The notes below the pieces were generated by a model, which saw nothing but the letters and a program-made list of their open reading frames with translations, was not told the DNA's origin and searched no databases. DNA of 64,000 nt from assembly GCF_963921235.1 (NCBI RefSeq), contig NC_086101.1:1240001-1304000 (forward strand). Reading direction: 5' to 3'. Origin of the DNA: Mobula hypostoma. Taxonomy: Eukaryota. Made by a program: the position numbers and the translations under genes. Shown here one piece after another: positions 23,124 through 35,400 of this stretch; the first letter of the stretch is position 1; every line of letters starts with the position of its first letter.

Positions 23124-23252
23124 AGCAATTGGAAAGGAAGGACAAAGAGTGCTGTGAGTGATGATACAGAAAAAGAACCATCATATAGGTAACTGTTGCC
23201 AAACAGAGGATGCAGCCAATTCCAGAACCTGCTCGGTATACAGGGGAAAATC
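23124..23252 (-). CDS. Coding exon (129 bp, phase 1-1), transmembrane helix, CD47 TM3-like
   Basis: Strong acceptor cttttgtctcttctccag, donor gtaagtt. Encodes (G)FSPVYRAGSGIGCILCLATVTYMMVLFLYHHSQHSLSFLSNC. Confidence 0.78.
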
Positions 23253-23389
23253 CTGGAGAAGAGACAAAAGACCTCAGTGCTATCACTCACAGTCAGTTTA
23301 CTTCTACCTATTACTTTAGTTTAAGGATCAAACATTAAGGCAATAGTACGTTTTCAATACAGTGTTTTCTGCAGATGCTGGAAATTATG

Positions 23390-25330
23390 TCCATAAGATG
23401 TAGGAGAAGTAGGCTCCGCCATTCAATCATGGTCTGATCCAATTCTTCCAGTTATCCCCACTCCCCTGCTTTCACCCTGTGCCCTTTGATGCCCTGGCTA
23501 ATCAAGAATCTATCTATCTCTGCCTTAAATACAGCCTCTCCTCTTGTAGGCTTATCTTCATATTGTGTGAATAAACCTTCCTGAACACACTTAACAAACT
23601 CCACCCTATCTAAACCCCTCGCTCTAGGGAGATGCCAATCAATATTCAACCAATTTCCCTTGGGATCAATAAAGTATGACTATGTCTGACTATTTGGGAA
23701 ATTAAAATTCCCCACCACGACAGCCCTGTTATTATTACACCTTTCCAGAATCTGTCTCCCTATCTGTTCCTCGATGTCTCTGTTACTATTGGGTGCTCTA
23801 TAAAAAATATACAGCAGAGTTATTGACCCCTTCCTATTCCTAACTTCCACCCACAGAGACTCAGTAGACAATCCCTCCATGACTTCCTCCTTTTCTGCAG
23901 CCGTGACACTATCTCTGATCAACAGTGCCATGCCCCGAACTCTTTTGCCTCCCTCCCTGTCCTTTCTGAAACATCTAAAGCCTGGCACTCGAAGTAACCA
24001 TTCCTGCCCCTGAACCATCCAAGTCTCTGTAATATCTACAACATCATAGCTCCAAGTACTGATCCACGCTCTAAGCTCATCCGCTTTGTTCATGATACTC
24101 CTTGCATTAAAATACCCATTTCAAACCATCGGTCTGAGCATATCCCTTCTCTATCACCTGCCTATCCTCCCTCTCACACTGTCTCCAAGCTTTCTCTATT
24201 CGTGAGCCAAGCCCCTTCCTCCGTCTCTTTAGTTTGGTTCCCACCACCCAGCAATTCTAGTCTAAACTCTCCCCAATAGTCTCAGTAAACCTCCCTGTCA
24301 GGATATTGGTCCCCCTGGGATTTAAGTGCAACCCGTCCTTCTTATACAGGTTACCCCTGCCCCAAAGAGGTCCCAATGATCGAGAAATCTGAATCCCTGC
24401 CCCCTGTTCCAATCCCTCAGCCACGCATTCATCCTCCACCTCATTCTATTCCTGTATTCACTGCCACATGGCTACCTTTGAGGTCCTGCTTCTCAACTTC
24501 CTTCCTCACTCCCTGTCGTCTGTTTTGAGGAACTCCTCCCCTTTCCTACCTATGTCGTTGGTACCAATTTGTACCACGGCCTCTGGCTGTTCTCCTTCCC
24601 ACTTCAGGATATCGTGGATATGATGAGAAACATCCTGGACCCTGGCACCTGGGAGGCAAACTACCATCCGTGCTTCTTTCCTGTGTCCACAGAATCACCT
24701 GTCTGACCTCCTAACTATAGAGTCCCCTATCACTAGTGCCTTCCTCTTCCTTTCCCCACCCTTGTGAGCCACAGGGCCAGACTCTGTGCCAGAGGCACAG
24801 CCACTGTCGCTTCCCCCAGGTAGGCTGTCCCCCCCCCAACGGTACTCAAACAGGAGTACTTATTGTCAAGGGGGACAGCCACTGGGGTACTCTCTAGTAT
24901 CTGACTCCTGCCCTTCCCTCTCTTGACTGTTACCCACTTATATGTCTCCTGAGGCCCGTGTGGCTACTTGCCTAGAGCTCCTCTCTCTCACCTTCTCACT
25001 CTCCCTAACCAGACAAAGGTCATCGAGCTGCATCTCCAGTTCTCTAACCTGGTCCTAAGAAGCCATAGCTCGATGCACCTTGTGGAGGTGTAGTCTCCTG
25101 GACTTTCCACATCTGACACCCAGTGCTGAACACTGGCCTCACAGACGTACTTCTGGTTTCTATTACTCACAGGTAACCTACCTCGCCTTGACCCGTTACT
25201 GCCGAAGCCCCGTTGAGCCAAAGCCCTCCTATTCTGTCGCCCACTCTATAAAGCTGTATCCTTTTAAACTTCACGCTGGTCTGACTCGTTGATGTCCACG
25301 CGCTTGCACAGTTGTCCCTCGATCAAACCG
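23390..25330 (-). mobile_element. CR1 5' half (5' UTR, ORF1, endonuclease) joined to a CR1 3' end
   Basis: DGLHLNPRG esterase end; NKADEL, ITETW, FYRAPN and GNFNFP endonuclease motifs. Confidence 0.88.
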
Positions 25331-27300
25331 CTAAAGAAAAATCTGTCTTCATTTAACTGAAAAAGACTTTTAGTATCTGCTTCATAATATCGACTAGTTT
25401 GTCCTTATATTTCATCTTTTTCTTTTTAGTTTAAAAGTTTTCCAATTATCCAAATTTCCACTCACTTTTACTACCCTGTGTGCCCTTTCCTTGGCTTTTA
25501 TGCAGTCCTTAACTTCTCGTCAGCTGCAGTTACCTACCCCTGCCACTTGAGAACAAGTTCCTCTGTGAGACGTGTTTATTGTGTGCCTTGTGAACTATTC
25601 CCAGGAACTTCAGTCATCTCTGCTGTGCCGTCATCCCTGCCAGTATCTTCCTCCAATCCACCTGGGCAGGCTCCTATCTCACGCCTCTGTCATTCCCTTT
25701 TATTCCATTGCAAAACTAATACATGTGACTGACTCTTTGTCCTCTCAAACTGCAGGATGAATTCAATCATATTATGATCACTGCCTGCTAGGATTTCCTT
25801 TATGTAAAGCTCCCTAATATGATCTGGGCTATGACACAAATTGAATCTAAGACAGTCTCTCCCCAAGTAGGCTCAAGCACAAGTTTCTCTGAAAAGGCAT
25901 CTCGTAGGCATTCAATAAATTCCCTCCTTTATGATGTGATACCAACCCTGTTTTCCCAATCCCTGGGTATATTGAAGTCCTCCATTACAACTGTGATGTT
26001 ACCCTTATTACATGCTTTTTCCAGCTCCCTTTGCAATCTCACCATCACATCTTGGCTACTATTTGGACACCTATTTATGATGCCCTTTTTTTTAAAACCC
26101 TTGTGTGGTAGAAATAGTTAAAACCATTGTCTGATGGGATACTTGACTACTCTGGAGCAGCTGGATTTAAGACTATTAATGCAAGTCGAGAATAACCTTG
26201 AACGATAAGCACAGTGCCAGGAATTCAAATAAACATGATATTAAGCTCCTGGAACCAAGAGGGAGGATGTGTCTGGGAGTAAATTGCGAGTCCTGATAAC
26301 AGGAAATTAGAGGAATGTTATTTTTTTCAACAATTGATCATATACTGACTGTGGAATGCTGAACAAAGTCATGTGAAAGTTGTTTGTCTTGCTGTATAAA
26401 TATCTCTGTATCACCGAAAATCAGAGCTCTGGTGGTGGTGGTGGAGACAAACGCAGACTCTCCACGATATCACCTTAATAAACTCTTAAAACAAAATTCA
26501 AATTCACTCTGGTGTTCTTAGTCAAGTGTTTCCACAACACTTTGCAATTTCTTAACTCCACTCACAAAGATTCAACATTCTCTGACCCTATGTCACCTCT
26601 TTCTAAACATGCAATTCCACCTCTTACCAACAGAGCCACACCATCGCCCATACCACCCTGCCTGTCCTTTCCATACAAAGTATATCCTGTGGTGTCACAC
26701 TCCCACCTACAGCCTTCTTTCAGCCAAGCCTCAGTAATGCCCACAACGTCATACTGACCAATCTCCAAATGTACCACAAGTTCATCCACCTTATTCCGTA
26801 TGTGACTCACACTTAAATACAGCACCTTCAGTCCTGCATTCTTTGCCCTTTTGAATTTTGCCTCCATGGTGCAATTTAACTCTTTGCTCTGTCTCAGTTT
26901 GTACCAAATCTTTGGTACGTCCTTCCTTACTTTATGTTACATCATCATCCATTTGTAAACCTGCTGGCTTTTCCTCAGCTCCATCATACTGGTTCCCAGC
27001 CCCCTGCTATATTAGGTTAAACCACAACCAACAGCTTTAGTAAGCCTGCTTGCAAGAATGTTGGTCCTCCTCAGGCTAAAGTGCAACCCATACCTTTGGA
27101 CAGGTCACACCTTCCCTAAGGAGATCCTGATTGTCCAGAAATTTCAATCCCTGCCGCCTGCTCCAATTCTTCAGCTATGCATTTATCTGCCACCTTATTC
27201 TATTCCTATACTCACTGTCACATGGTACAGGCAGCAATCTCAAGATTACTATCCTTGAGGTCCTGCTTCTCAGCTTCCTCCTTAACTCCCTGTATTCTGT
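25330..27300 (-). mobile_element. Decayed CR1 ORF1 end/endonuclease, interrupted by a solo LTR
   Basis: LKVLYL, IRNKVDEL, VGITEAWL and GVALLVR in ORF 26562-26867. Confidence 0.8.
26104..26539 (+). mobile_element. Solo LTR (436 bp)
   Basis: TG...CA ends with imperfect 13-bp inverted termini (tgtggtagaaata / tgtttccacaaca); TSD ccttg/ctttg; internal tataaa and aataaa; the CR1 continues on both sides. Confidence 0.75.
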
Positions 27301-27767
27301 TTTAGAAACATTAAAACCCTACAGCACAATACAGGCCCTTTGGCCCACAAAGCTGTGCCGAACATGTCCTTACCTTAGAAATTACCAAGGGTTACCCATA
27401 GCCCTCTATTTTTTTTAAACTCCATCCCGGAGTCTCTTAAAAGACCCTATCGTATCTACCTCCACTACCGTCACCGGCAGCCCATTCCACGCATTCACCA
27501 CTCTCTGTGTATAAAAAAATTACCCTGACATCTCCTCTGTACCTACTTCCAAGCACCTTAAAACTGTGTCCTCTCATGCTAGCAATTTCAGCCCTGGGAA
27601 AAAACCTCTGACTATCTACATGATCAATGCCTCTCATCATCTTATACACCTCTATCAGGTCACCTCTCATCCTCCATCGCTCCAAGGAGAAAAGGCCGAG
27701 TTCACTCAAACTATTCTCATAAGGCATGCTCCCCAATCCAGGAAACATCCTTGTAAATCTCCTCTGC

Positions 27768-28295
27768 TGTAAGGACACTGGAGCAGGGATCCAATCGCAG
27801 ACTTAGTACCGTGCACACAGTGATATTAATTGAATAACAAATCCTGAGATGCAAACAAAGTTAACGTTGAAGTTCAGGCAGAGATCAAAACATCCAGAGA
27901 AATCCAAAAACCAGAATCAGGAAACAGGCAGAGTTGATATTCAGACAGACAGACAGAGTACAGATACGAATGCTGGAAAGGCTCAGGGAAATTCACTGGC
28001 ACAATCTGGCAACGAACAGCTGAAAACACAGGACTGAAATACACTGACAATAAACAGAGAGGCAGATGATAGGTGGAGCACAATGAGACAGAAGTGGCAG
28101 CAAAACAGGTAATAATGAGAAACAGGTGAGAGACGGAGTACTCAGTAATACAGGGGCCGGAGTAGAGCAGGAGTGGGGACAGGAGCACATGGGGCATGAA
28201 AACAAACAAGAGCCCATGACAATGCAATCCACAGAATGATGGCTAAGGGGAAAACACACAAAAAGACAAAGTTCAACTGGAGGTACTGACTGACA
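27768..28295. mobile_element. Solo LTR (528 bp), Gypsy-like
   Basis: tgtaagg...ctgaca termini; perfect 5-bp TSD tctgc at 27763-27767 and 28296-28300; the CR1 sequence is restored on removal. Confidence 0.88.
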
Positions 28296-28604
28296 TCTGC
28301 ACCCTTTCTATGGTTTCCACATTCTTCCTGTAGTGAGGCGACCAGAATTGAGCACAGTGCTTCATGTGGGGTCTGACCAGGGTCTTATAGAGCTGCAACA
28401 TTACCTCTCGGCTATTAAACTCAATCCCACAGTTGATAAAGGCCAATACACCGTATGCCTTCTTAACTGCAGAGTCAACCTGCGCAGCTGCTTTGAGCAT
28501 CCTATGGACTCGAACCCCGGGATCCCTCTGATCCTCCACACTGCCAAGAACCTTACTATATTCTGCCATCATATTTGACCTACCAAAATGAACCACCTCA
28601 CGCC

Positions 28605-28962
28605 TCGCACAGATGTATAACATGATGAGAGGCACTGATCATGCAGATAGTCAGAGGCTTCTTCCCAGGACTGAAATGGCTAGCACGAGAGGGCATAGTA
28701 TTAAGGTGCTTGGAAGTAGGTACAGAGGAGATATCAGGGGTAAGTTTTTTACACAGAGAGTGGTGAGTGCATAGAATGGGCTGCTGACAACAGTGGTGGA
28801 GGCAGATACGATAAGGTCTTTTAAGGGACTCCTAGACAGGTATATGGAGCTCAGAAAAATAGAGGGCTATAGGTAACCCTAGGTAATTTCTCAGGTAAGG
28901 ACATGTTTGGCACAGCTTTGTGAGCCAAAGGGTCTGTATTGTGCTGTAATTTTCTATGTTTC
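28605..28962 (+). mobile_element. Short CR1 3' end inserted antisense into a same-family CR1
   Basis: YNMMRG...RGHSIKV region with tail ttctatgtt; the host sequence accacctcac|ttatctgggttgaac resumes afterwards. Confidence 0.8.
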
Positions 28963-29153
28963 CATTATCTGGGTTGAACATCCGTCATTTCTCAGCCCAG
29001 TTTTGCATCCTATCAATGTCCCGCTGTAACCTCTGACAGCCCTCGACACTATCCGCAACACCCCCGAACTTTGTGTCCATCGCAAATTTACTAACGCATC
29101 CCTCCGCTTCCTCATCCAGGTCATTTATAAAAATCACGAAGAATAGGGGTCCC

Positions 29154-29470
29154 TGTGACGGGGTCCTGAATTACCCCTATGAATTGTGCTTTTAAATGAG
29201 AGAGAGACAGTTATTTTACACTGACATCGTGTTTTTAAGAGAGAGAGAGAGAGACAAAGACTGCTCACAGTTTGCTTATACTTTCCCAAGGACATCGCCT
29301 GCTTGTACGTTCTTACAGACAGCGAAAGGAGGAGCAGTTTGAGTGGCAGTTGGGACTCAGTATGTGGAGATAAACAGAAGGTCAGATGATAGACCTGACA
29401 CATGATTTTGGACACTGAATGAGCTTTGTTGTGCCCACAGAAAAAGTGGGCTCTTCGAGGAACAATTAGG
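29154..29470. mobile_element. Probable LTR end leading into the satellite
   Basis: The CR1 stops abruptly and new sequence begins tgtgacg (TG terminus like the neighbouring solo LTRs), with (GA)n tracts. The other end is not in the window. Confidence 0.5.
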
Positions 29471-32400
29471 CGGAGGAGAGACTAGGAGTCGGAGGAGAGA
29501 CGAGGAGGACAGTGGAGAGACGGGGAGTCAGAGGAGAGACCAGGAAGACGGTGGAGAGACGGGGAGTCGGTGGAGAGACGAGGAGTCGGAGGAGAGACGG
29601 GGTTTTTGACGGGGAGTCGGAGGAGAGACGGGGAGTTGGAGGAGAGACGGGGAGTCGGAGGAGAAACGGGGAGTCGGAGGAGAGACGGGGAGGACGGAGG
29701 AGAGACGGGGAGGACGGTGGAGAGACGGGGAGTTGGAGGAGAGATGAGGAGGATAGTGGAGAGACGAAGAGTCGGAGGAGAGACGGGGAGGACGGTGGAG
29801 AGACGGGGAGTCGGAGGAGAGACGGGGAGTCGGAGGAGAGACAGGGAGTCGGTGGAGAGACGAGAAGGTCGGTGGAGAGACAAGAAGGACGGTGGAGAGA
29901 CGAGCAGTCGGAGGAGAGACGGGGTTTTTGACGGGGAGTCGGAGGAGAGACGGGGAGTCGGTGGAGAGACGGGGAGTCGGAGGAGAGACCAGGAAGACAG
30001 TGGAGAGACGGGGAGTCGGTGGAGAGACGGGGAGGACGGAGGAGAGACGGGGAGGACGGTGGAGAGATGGGGAGTCGGAGGAGAGACGGGAAGGACGGCG
30101 GAGAGACGGAGAGGACGGCGGAGAGACGGAGAGGACGGCGGAGAAACGGGGAGTCGGAGGAGAGACGGGGAGTCGGAGGAGAGACGGAGGAGAGACGGGG
30201 AGGACGGTGCAGAGACGGGGTGTCGGGGGAGAGACGGGGAGTCAGGGGAGAGACGGGGAGACAGAGGAGAGATGGGGAGACGGAGGAGAGACGGGGAGTC
30301 GGAGGAGAGACGGGGAGGACGGAGGAGAGACTGGGAGTTGGAGGAGATACGAGGAGGACAGTGGGGAGTCAGGAAGTCAGAGGAGAGACCAGGAAGACGG
30401 TGGAGAGACGGGGAGCCAGAGGAGAGACGGGGAGTCGGAGGAGAGATGGGGAGGACGGTGGAGAGACGAGGAGGACGGTGGAGAGACGGGGAGTCGGAGG
30501 AGAGACGGGGAGTCGGAGGAGAGACGGGGAGGACGGTGGAGAGACGAGGAGGACGGTGGAGATACGGGGAGTCGGAGGAGAGATGCGGAGTCGGAGGAGA
30601 GACGGGGAGTCGGTGGAGAGACGAGGAGGACGGTGGAGAGACGGGGAGTCGGAGGAGAGACGGGAAGGACGGAGGAGAGACGGAGGAGGACGGTGGAGAG
30701 ACGGGGAGTCGGAGGAGAGACGGGGAGTCGGAGGAGAGACAGGGAGTCGGAGGAGAGACGAGGAGGATGGTGGAGAGGCGAGGAGTCGGAGGAGAGATGG
30801 GGTTTTTGACGGGGAGTCGGAGGATAGACGGGGAGGACGGAGGAGAGACGGAGGAGGACGGTGGAGAGACGGGGAGTAGGTGGAGAGACGGGGAGTCGGT
30901 GGAGAGACAGGGAGTCGGAGATGAGACGAGGAAGACGGTGGAGAGACGGGGAGTCGGAGGAGAGACGGGGAGGATGGAGGAGACACGGGGAGGACGGAGG
31001 AGAGACGGGGAGTCGGAGGAGAGATGAGGAGTCGGAGGAGAGACGGGGAGTCGGAGGAGAGACGGGGAGTCGGAGGAGAGACGGGGAGTCGGAGGAGAGA
31101 CGGGGAGTCGGAGGAGAGACGGAGAGGATGGAGGAGAGACAGGCAGTCGGAGGAGAGACGAGGAGGACAGTGGAGAGACAGGGAGTCGGAAGAGAGACCA
31201 GGAAGACGGTGGAGAGACAGTGAGTCGGCGGAGAGACGAAGAGTCGGAGAAGAGACGAGGAGTCAGAGGAGAGACGGGATTTTGACGGGGAGTCGGAGGA
31301 GAGACGAGGAGGACAGTGGAGAGACAGGGAGTCGGAGGAGAGACGAGGAGGACAGTGGAGAGACAGGGAGTTGGAAGAGAGACCAGGAAGACGGTGGAGA
31401 GACGGGGAGTCGGCGGAGACACGAGGAGTCGGAGGAGAGACGAGGAGTCAGAGGAGAGACGGGATTTTGACGGGGAGGACGGAGGAGAGACGGGGAGGAT
31501 GGTGGAGAGACGGGGAGTCGGACAAGAGACGAGGAGTCAGAGGAGAGACGGAGAGGACGGAGAAGAGACGGGGAGGAAGGAGGAGAGACAGGGAGAACGG
31601 AGGAGAAACGGGGAGGACGGTGCAGAGACGGGGTGTCGGGGGACAGACGGGGAGTCGGGGGAGAGACGAGGAGACGGAGGAGAGACGGGGAGACGGAGGA
31701 GAGACGGGGAGGGCGGAGGAGAGACTGGGAGTCGGAGGAGATACGAGGAGGACAGTGGGGAGACAGGAAGTCGGAGGAGAGACCAGGAAGACGGAGGAGA
31801 GACGGGGAGACGGAGGAGAGACGGGGAGTCGGAGGAGAGACGGGGAGACGGAGGAGAGACGGGGAGTCGGAGGAGATACGAGGAGGACGGTGGAGAGACG
31901 GGGAGTCAGTGGAGAGATGGGGAGTCGGAGAAGAGACCAGGAAGACGGAGGAGAGACGGGGAGACGGAGGAGAGACGGGGAGTCGGAGGAGAGACGGGGA
32001 GGGCGGAGGAGAGACTGGGAGGAGATACCAGGAGGACAGTGGAGAGACGGGGAGTCGGAGGAGAGACGGGGAGGACGGTGGAGAGACGGGGAGGACGGTG
32101 GAGAGACGGGGAGTCGGAGGAGAGACGGGGAGTCGGAGGAGTGACGGGGAGGACGGAGGAGAGACGGGGAGGACGGAGGAGAGACGGGGAGGATGGAGGA
32201 GAGACGGGGAGTCGAAGGAGAGACGAGGAAGACGGTGGAGAGACGGGGAGTCGGAGGAGACACAGGGAGTCGGAGGAGAGACAGGGAGTCGGTGGAGAGA
32301 CGAGCAGGACGGTGGAGAGACGAAGAGTCGGAGGAGAGACGAGGAGTCAGAGGAGAGACGGGATTTTGACGGGGAGTCGGAGGAGAGACGGGGAGGACGG

Positions 32401-35400
32401 AGGAGAGACGGGGAGGATGGTGGAGAGACGGGGAGTCGGACAAGAGACGAGGAGTCAGAGGAGAGACGGAGAGGACGGAGAAGAGACGGGGAGGACGGTG
32501 CAGAGACGGGGTATCGGGGGACAGACGGGGAGTCGGGGGAGAGATGAGGAGACGGAGGAGAGACGGGGAGACGGAGGAGAGACGGGGAGGGCGGAGGAGA
32601 GACTGGGAGTCGGAGGAGATACGAGGAGGACAGTGGGGAGACAGGAAGTCGGAGGAGAGACCAGGAATACGGAGGAGAGACGGGGAGACAGAGGAGAGAC
32701 GGGGAGTCGGAGGAGAGACGGGGAGACGGAGGAGAGACGGGGAGTCGGAGGAGATACGAGGAGGATGGTGGAGAGACGGGGAGTCAGTGGAGAGATGGGG
32801 AGGACGGAGGAGAGACGGGGAGGACGGTGGAGAGACGGGGAGGACGGTGGAGAGACGGGGAGGACAGTGGAGAGACGGGGAGTCGGAGGAGAGACGGGGA
32901 GTCGGAGGAGTGACGGGGAGGACGGAGGAGAGACGGGGAGGACGGAGGAGAGACGGGGAGGATGGAGGAGAGACGGGGAGTCGAAGGAGAGACGAGGAAG
33001 ACGGTGGAGAGACGGGGAGTCGGAGGAGACACAGGGAGTCGGAGGAGAGACAGGGAGTCGGTGGAGAGACGAGCAGGACGGTGGAGAGACGAAGAGTCGG
33101 AGGAGAGACGAGGAGTCAGAGGAGAGACGGGATTTTGACGGGGAGTCGGAGGAGAGACGGGGAGGACGGAGGAGAGACGGGGAGGATGGAGGAGAGACGG
33201 GGAGTCGAAGGAGAGACGAGGAAGACGGTGGAGAGACGGGGAGTCGGAGGAGACACAGGGAGTCGGAGGAGAGACAGGGAGTCGGTGGAGAGACGAGGAG
33301 GACGGTGGAGAGACGAAGAGTCGGAGGAGAGACGAGGAGTCAGAGGAGAGACGGGATTTTGACGGGGAGTCGGAGGAGAGACGGGGAGGACGGAGGAGAG
33401 ACGGGGAGGATGGTGGAGAGACGGGGAGTCGGACAAGAGACGAGGAGTCAGAGGAGAGACGGAGAGGACGGAGAAGAGACGGGGAGGAAGGAGGAGAGAC
33501 AGGGAGGACGGAGGAGAAACGGGGAGGACGGTGCAGAGACGGGGTATCGGGGGACAGACGGGGAGTCGGGGGAGAGACGAGGAGACGGAGGAGAGACGGG
33601 GAGACGGAGGAGAGACGGGGAGGGCGGAGGAGAGACTGGGAGTCGGAGGAGATACGAGGAGGACAGTGGGGAGACAGGAAGTCGGAGGAGAGACCAGGAA
33701 GACGGAGGAGAGACGGGGAGACGGAGGAGAGACGGGGAGTCGGAGGAGATACGAGGAGGATGGTGGAGAGACGGGGAGTCAGTGGAGAGATGGGGAGGAC
33801 GGAGGAGAGACGGGGAGGACGGTGGAGAGACGGGGAGGACGGTGGAGAGACGGGGAGTCGGAGGAGAGACGGGGAGTCGGAGGAGTGAGGGGGAGGACGG
33901 AGGAGAGACGGAGAGGACGGAGGAGAGACTGGGAGGAGACACCAGGAGGACGGTGGAGAGACGGGGAGTTGACGGAGGAGAGACGAGGAAGACGGTGGAG
34001 AGACGGGGAGTCGGAGGAGAGACGGGGAGTCGGAGGAGAGACGGGGAGTCGGAGGAGATACGAGGAGGACGGTGGAGAGACGGGGAGTCAGTGGAGAGAT
34101 GGGGAGTCGGAGAAGAGACCAGGAAGACGGAGGAGAGACGGGGAGACGGAGGAGAGACGGGGAGGACGGTGGAGAGACGGGGAGGACAGTGGAGAGACGG
34201 GGAGTCGGAGGAGAGACGGGGAGTCGGAGGAGTGACGGGGAGGACGGAGGAGAGACGGGGAGGACGGAGGAGAGACGGGGAGGATGGAGGAGAGACAGGG
34301 AGTCGAAGGAGAGACGAGGAAGACGGTGGAGAGACGGGGAGTCGGAGGAGACACAGGGAGTCGGAGGAGAGACAGGGAGTTGGTGGAGAGACGAGCAGGA
34401 CGGTGGAGAGACGAAGAGTCGGAGGAGAGACGAGGAGTCAGAGGAGAGACGGGATTTTGACGGGGAGTCGGAGGAGAGATGGGGAGGACGGAGGAGAGAC
34501 GGGGAGGATGGAGGAGAGACGGGGAGTCGAAGGACAGACGAGGAAGACGGTGGAGAGACGGGGAGTCGGAGGAGACACAGGGAGTCGGAGGAGAGACAGG
34601 GAGTCGGTGGAGAGACGAGCAGGACGGTGGAGAGACGAAGAGTCGGAGGAGAGACGAGGAGTCAGAGGAGAGACGGGATTTTGACGGGGAGTCGGAGGAG
34701 AGACGGGGAGGACGGAGGAGAGACGGGGAGGATGGTGGAGAGACGGGGAGTCGGACAAGAGACGAGGAGTCAGAGGAAAGACGAAGAGGACGGAGAAGAG
34801 ACGGGGAGGACGGTGCAGAGACGGGGTATCGGGGGACAGACGGGGAGTCGGGGGAGAGACGAGGAGACGGAGGAGAGACGGGGAGACGGAGGAGAGACGG
34901 GCAGGGCAGAGGAGAGACTGGGAGTCGGAGGAGATACGAGGAGGACAGTGGGGAGACAGGAATTCGGAGGAGAGACCAGGAATACGGAGGAGAGACGGGG
35001 AGTCGAAGGAGAGACGAGGAAGACGGTGGAGAGACGGGGAGTCGGAGGAGAGACGGGGAGGACGGAGGAGAGACGGGGAGGACGGAGGAGAGACGGGGAG
35101 GACGGTGGAGAGACGGGGAGTCGGTGGAGAGACGGGGAGGACGGTGCAGAGACGGGCTATTTGGGGACAGACGGGGAGTCGGGGGAGAGACGAGGAGACA
35201 GAGGAGAGACGGGGAGACGGAGGAGAGACGGGGAGGGCGGAGGAGAGACTGGGAGTCGGAGGAGATACGAGGAGGACAGTGGGGAGACAGGAAGTCGGAG
35301 GAGAGACCAGGAATACGGAGGAGAGACGGGGAGACAGAGGAGAGACGGGGAGTCGGAGGAGAGACGGGGAGTCGGAGGAGAGACGGGGAGACGGAGGAGA

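Larger units (their letters stand above)
27300..29153 (-). mobile_element. CR1 RT to 3' end, carrying nested insertions
   Basis: RMRGDLIEVYKMMRG, LVRPHMKHCAQFWSP; breaks at 29153 within the GSVLGP motif. Confidence 0.9.

Noticed and set aside
26255..26270. Polypurine tract followed by TG as an LTR start
   Set aside because: The TSD and inverted termini place the element ends at 26104 and 26539, so this tract is internal.
60..29153. Reverse transcriptase ORFs as a retron, DGR or group II intron system
   Set aside because: The motifs, APE endonuclease, 3' tails and TSDs identify frameshifted CR1 and Rex1 non-LTR retrotransposons.
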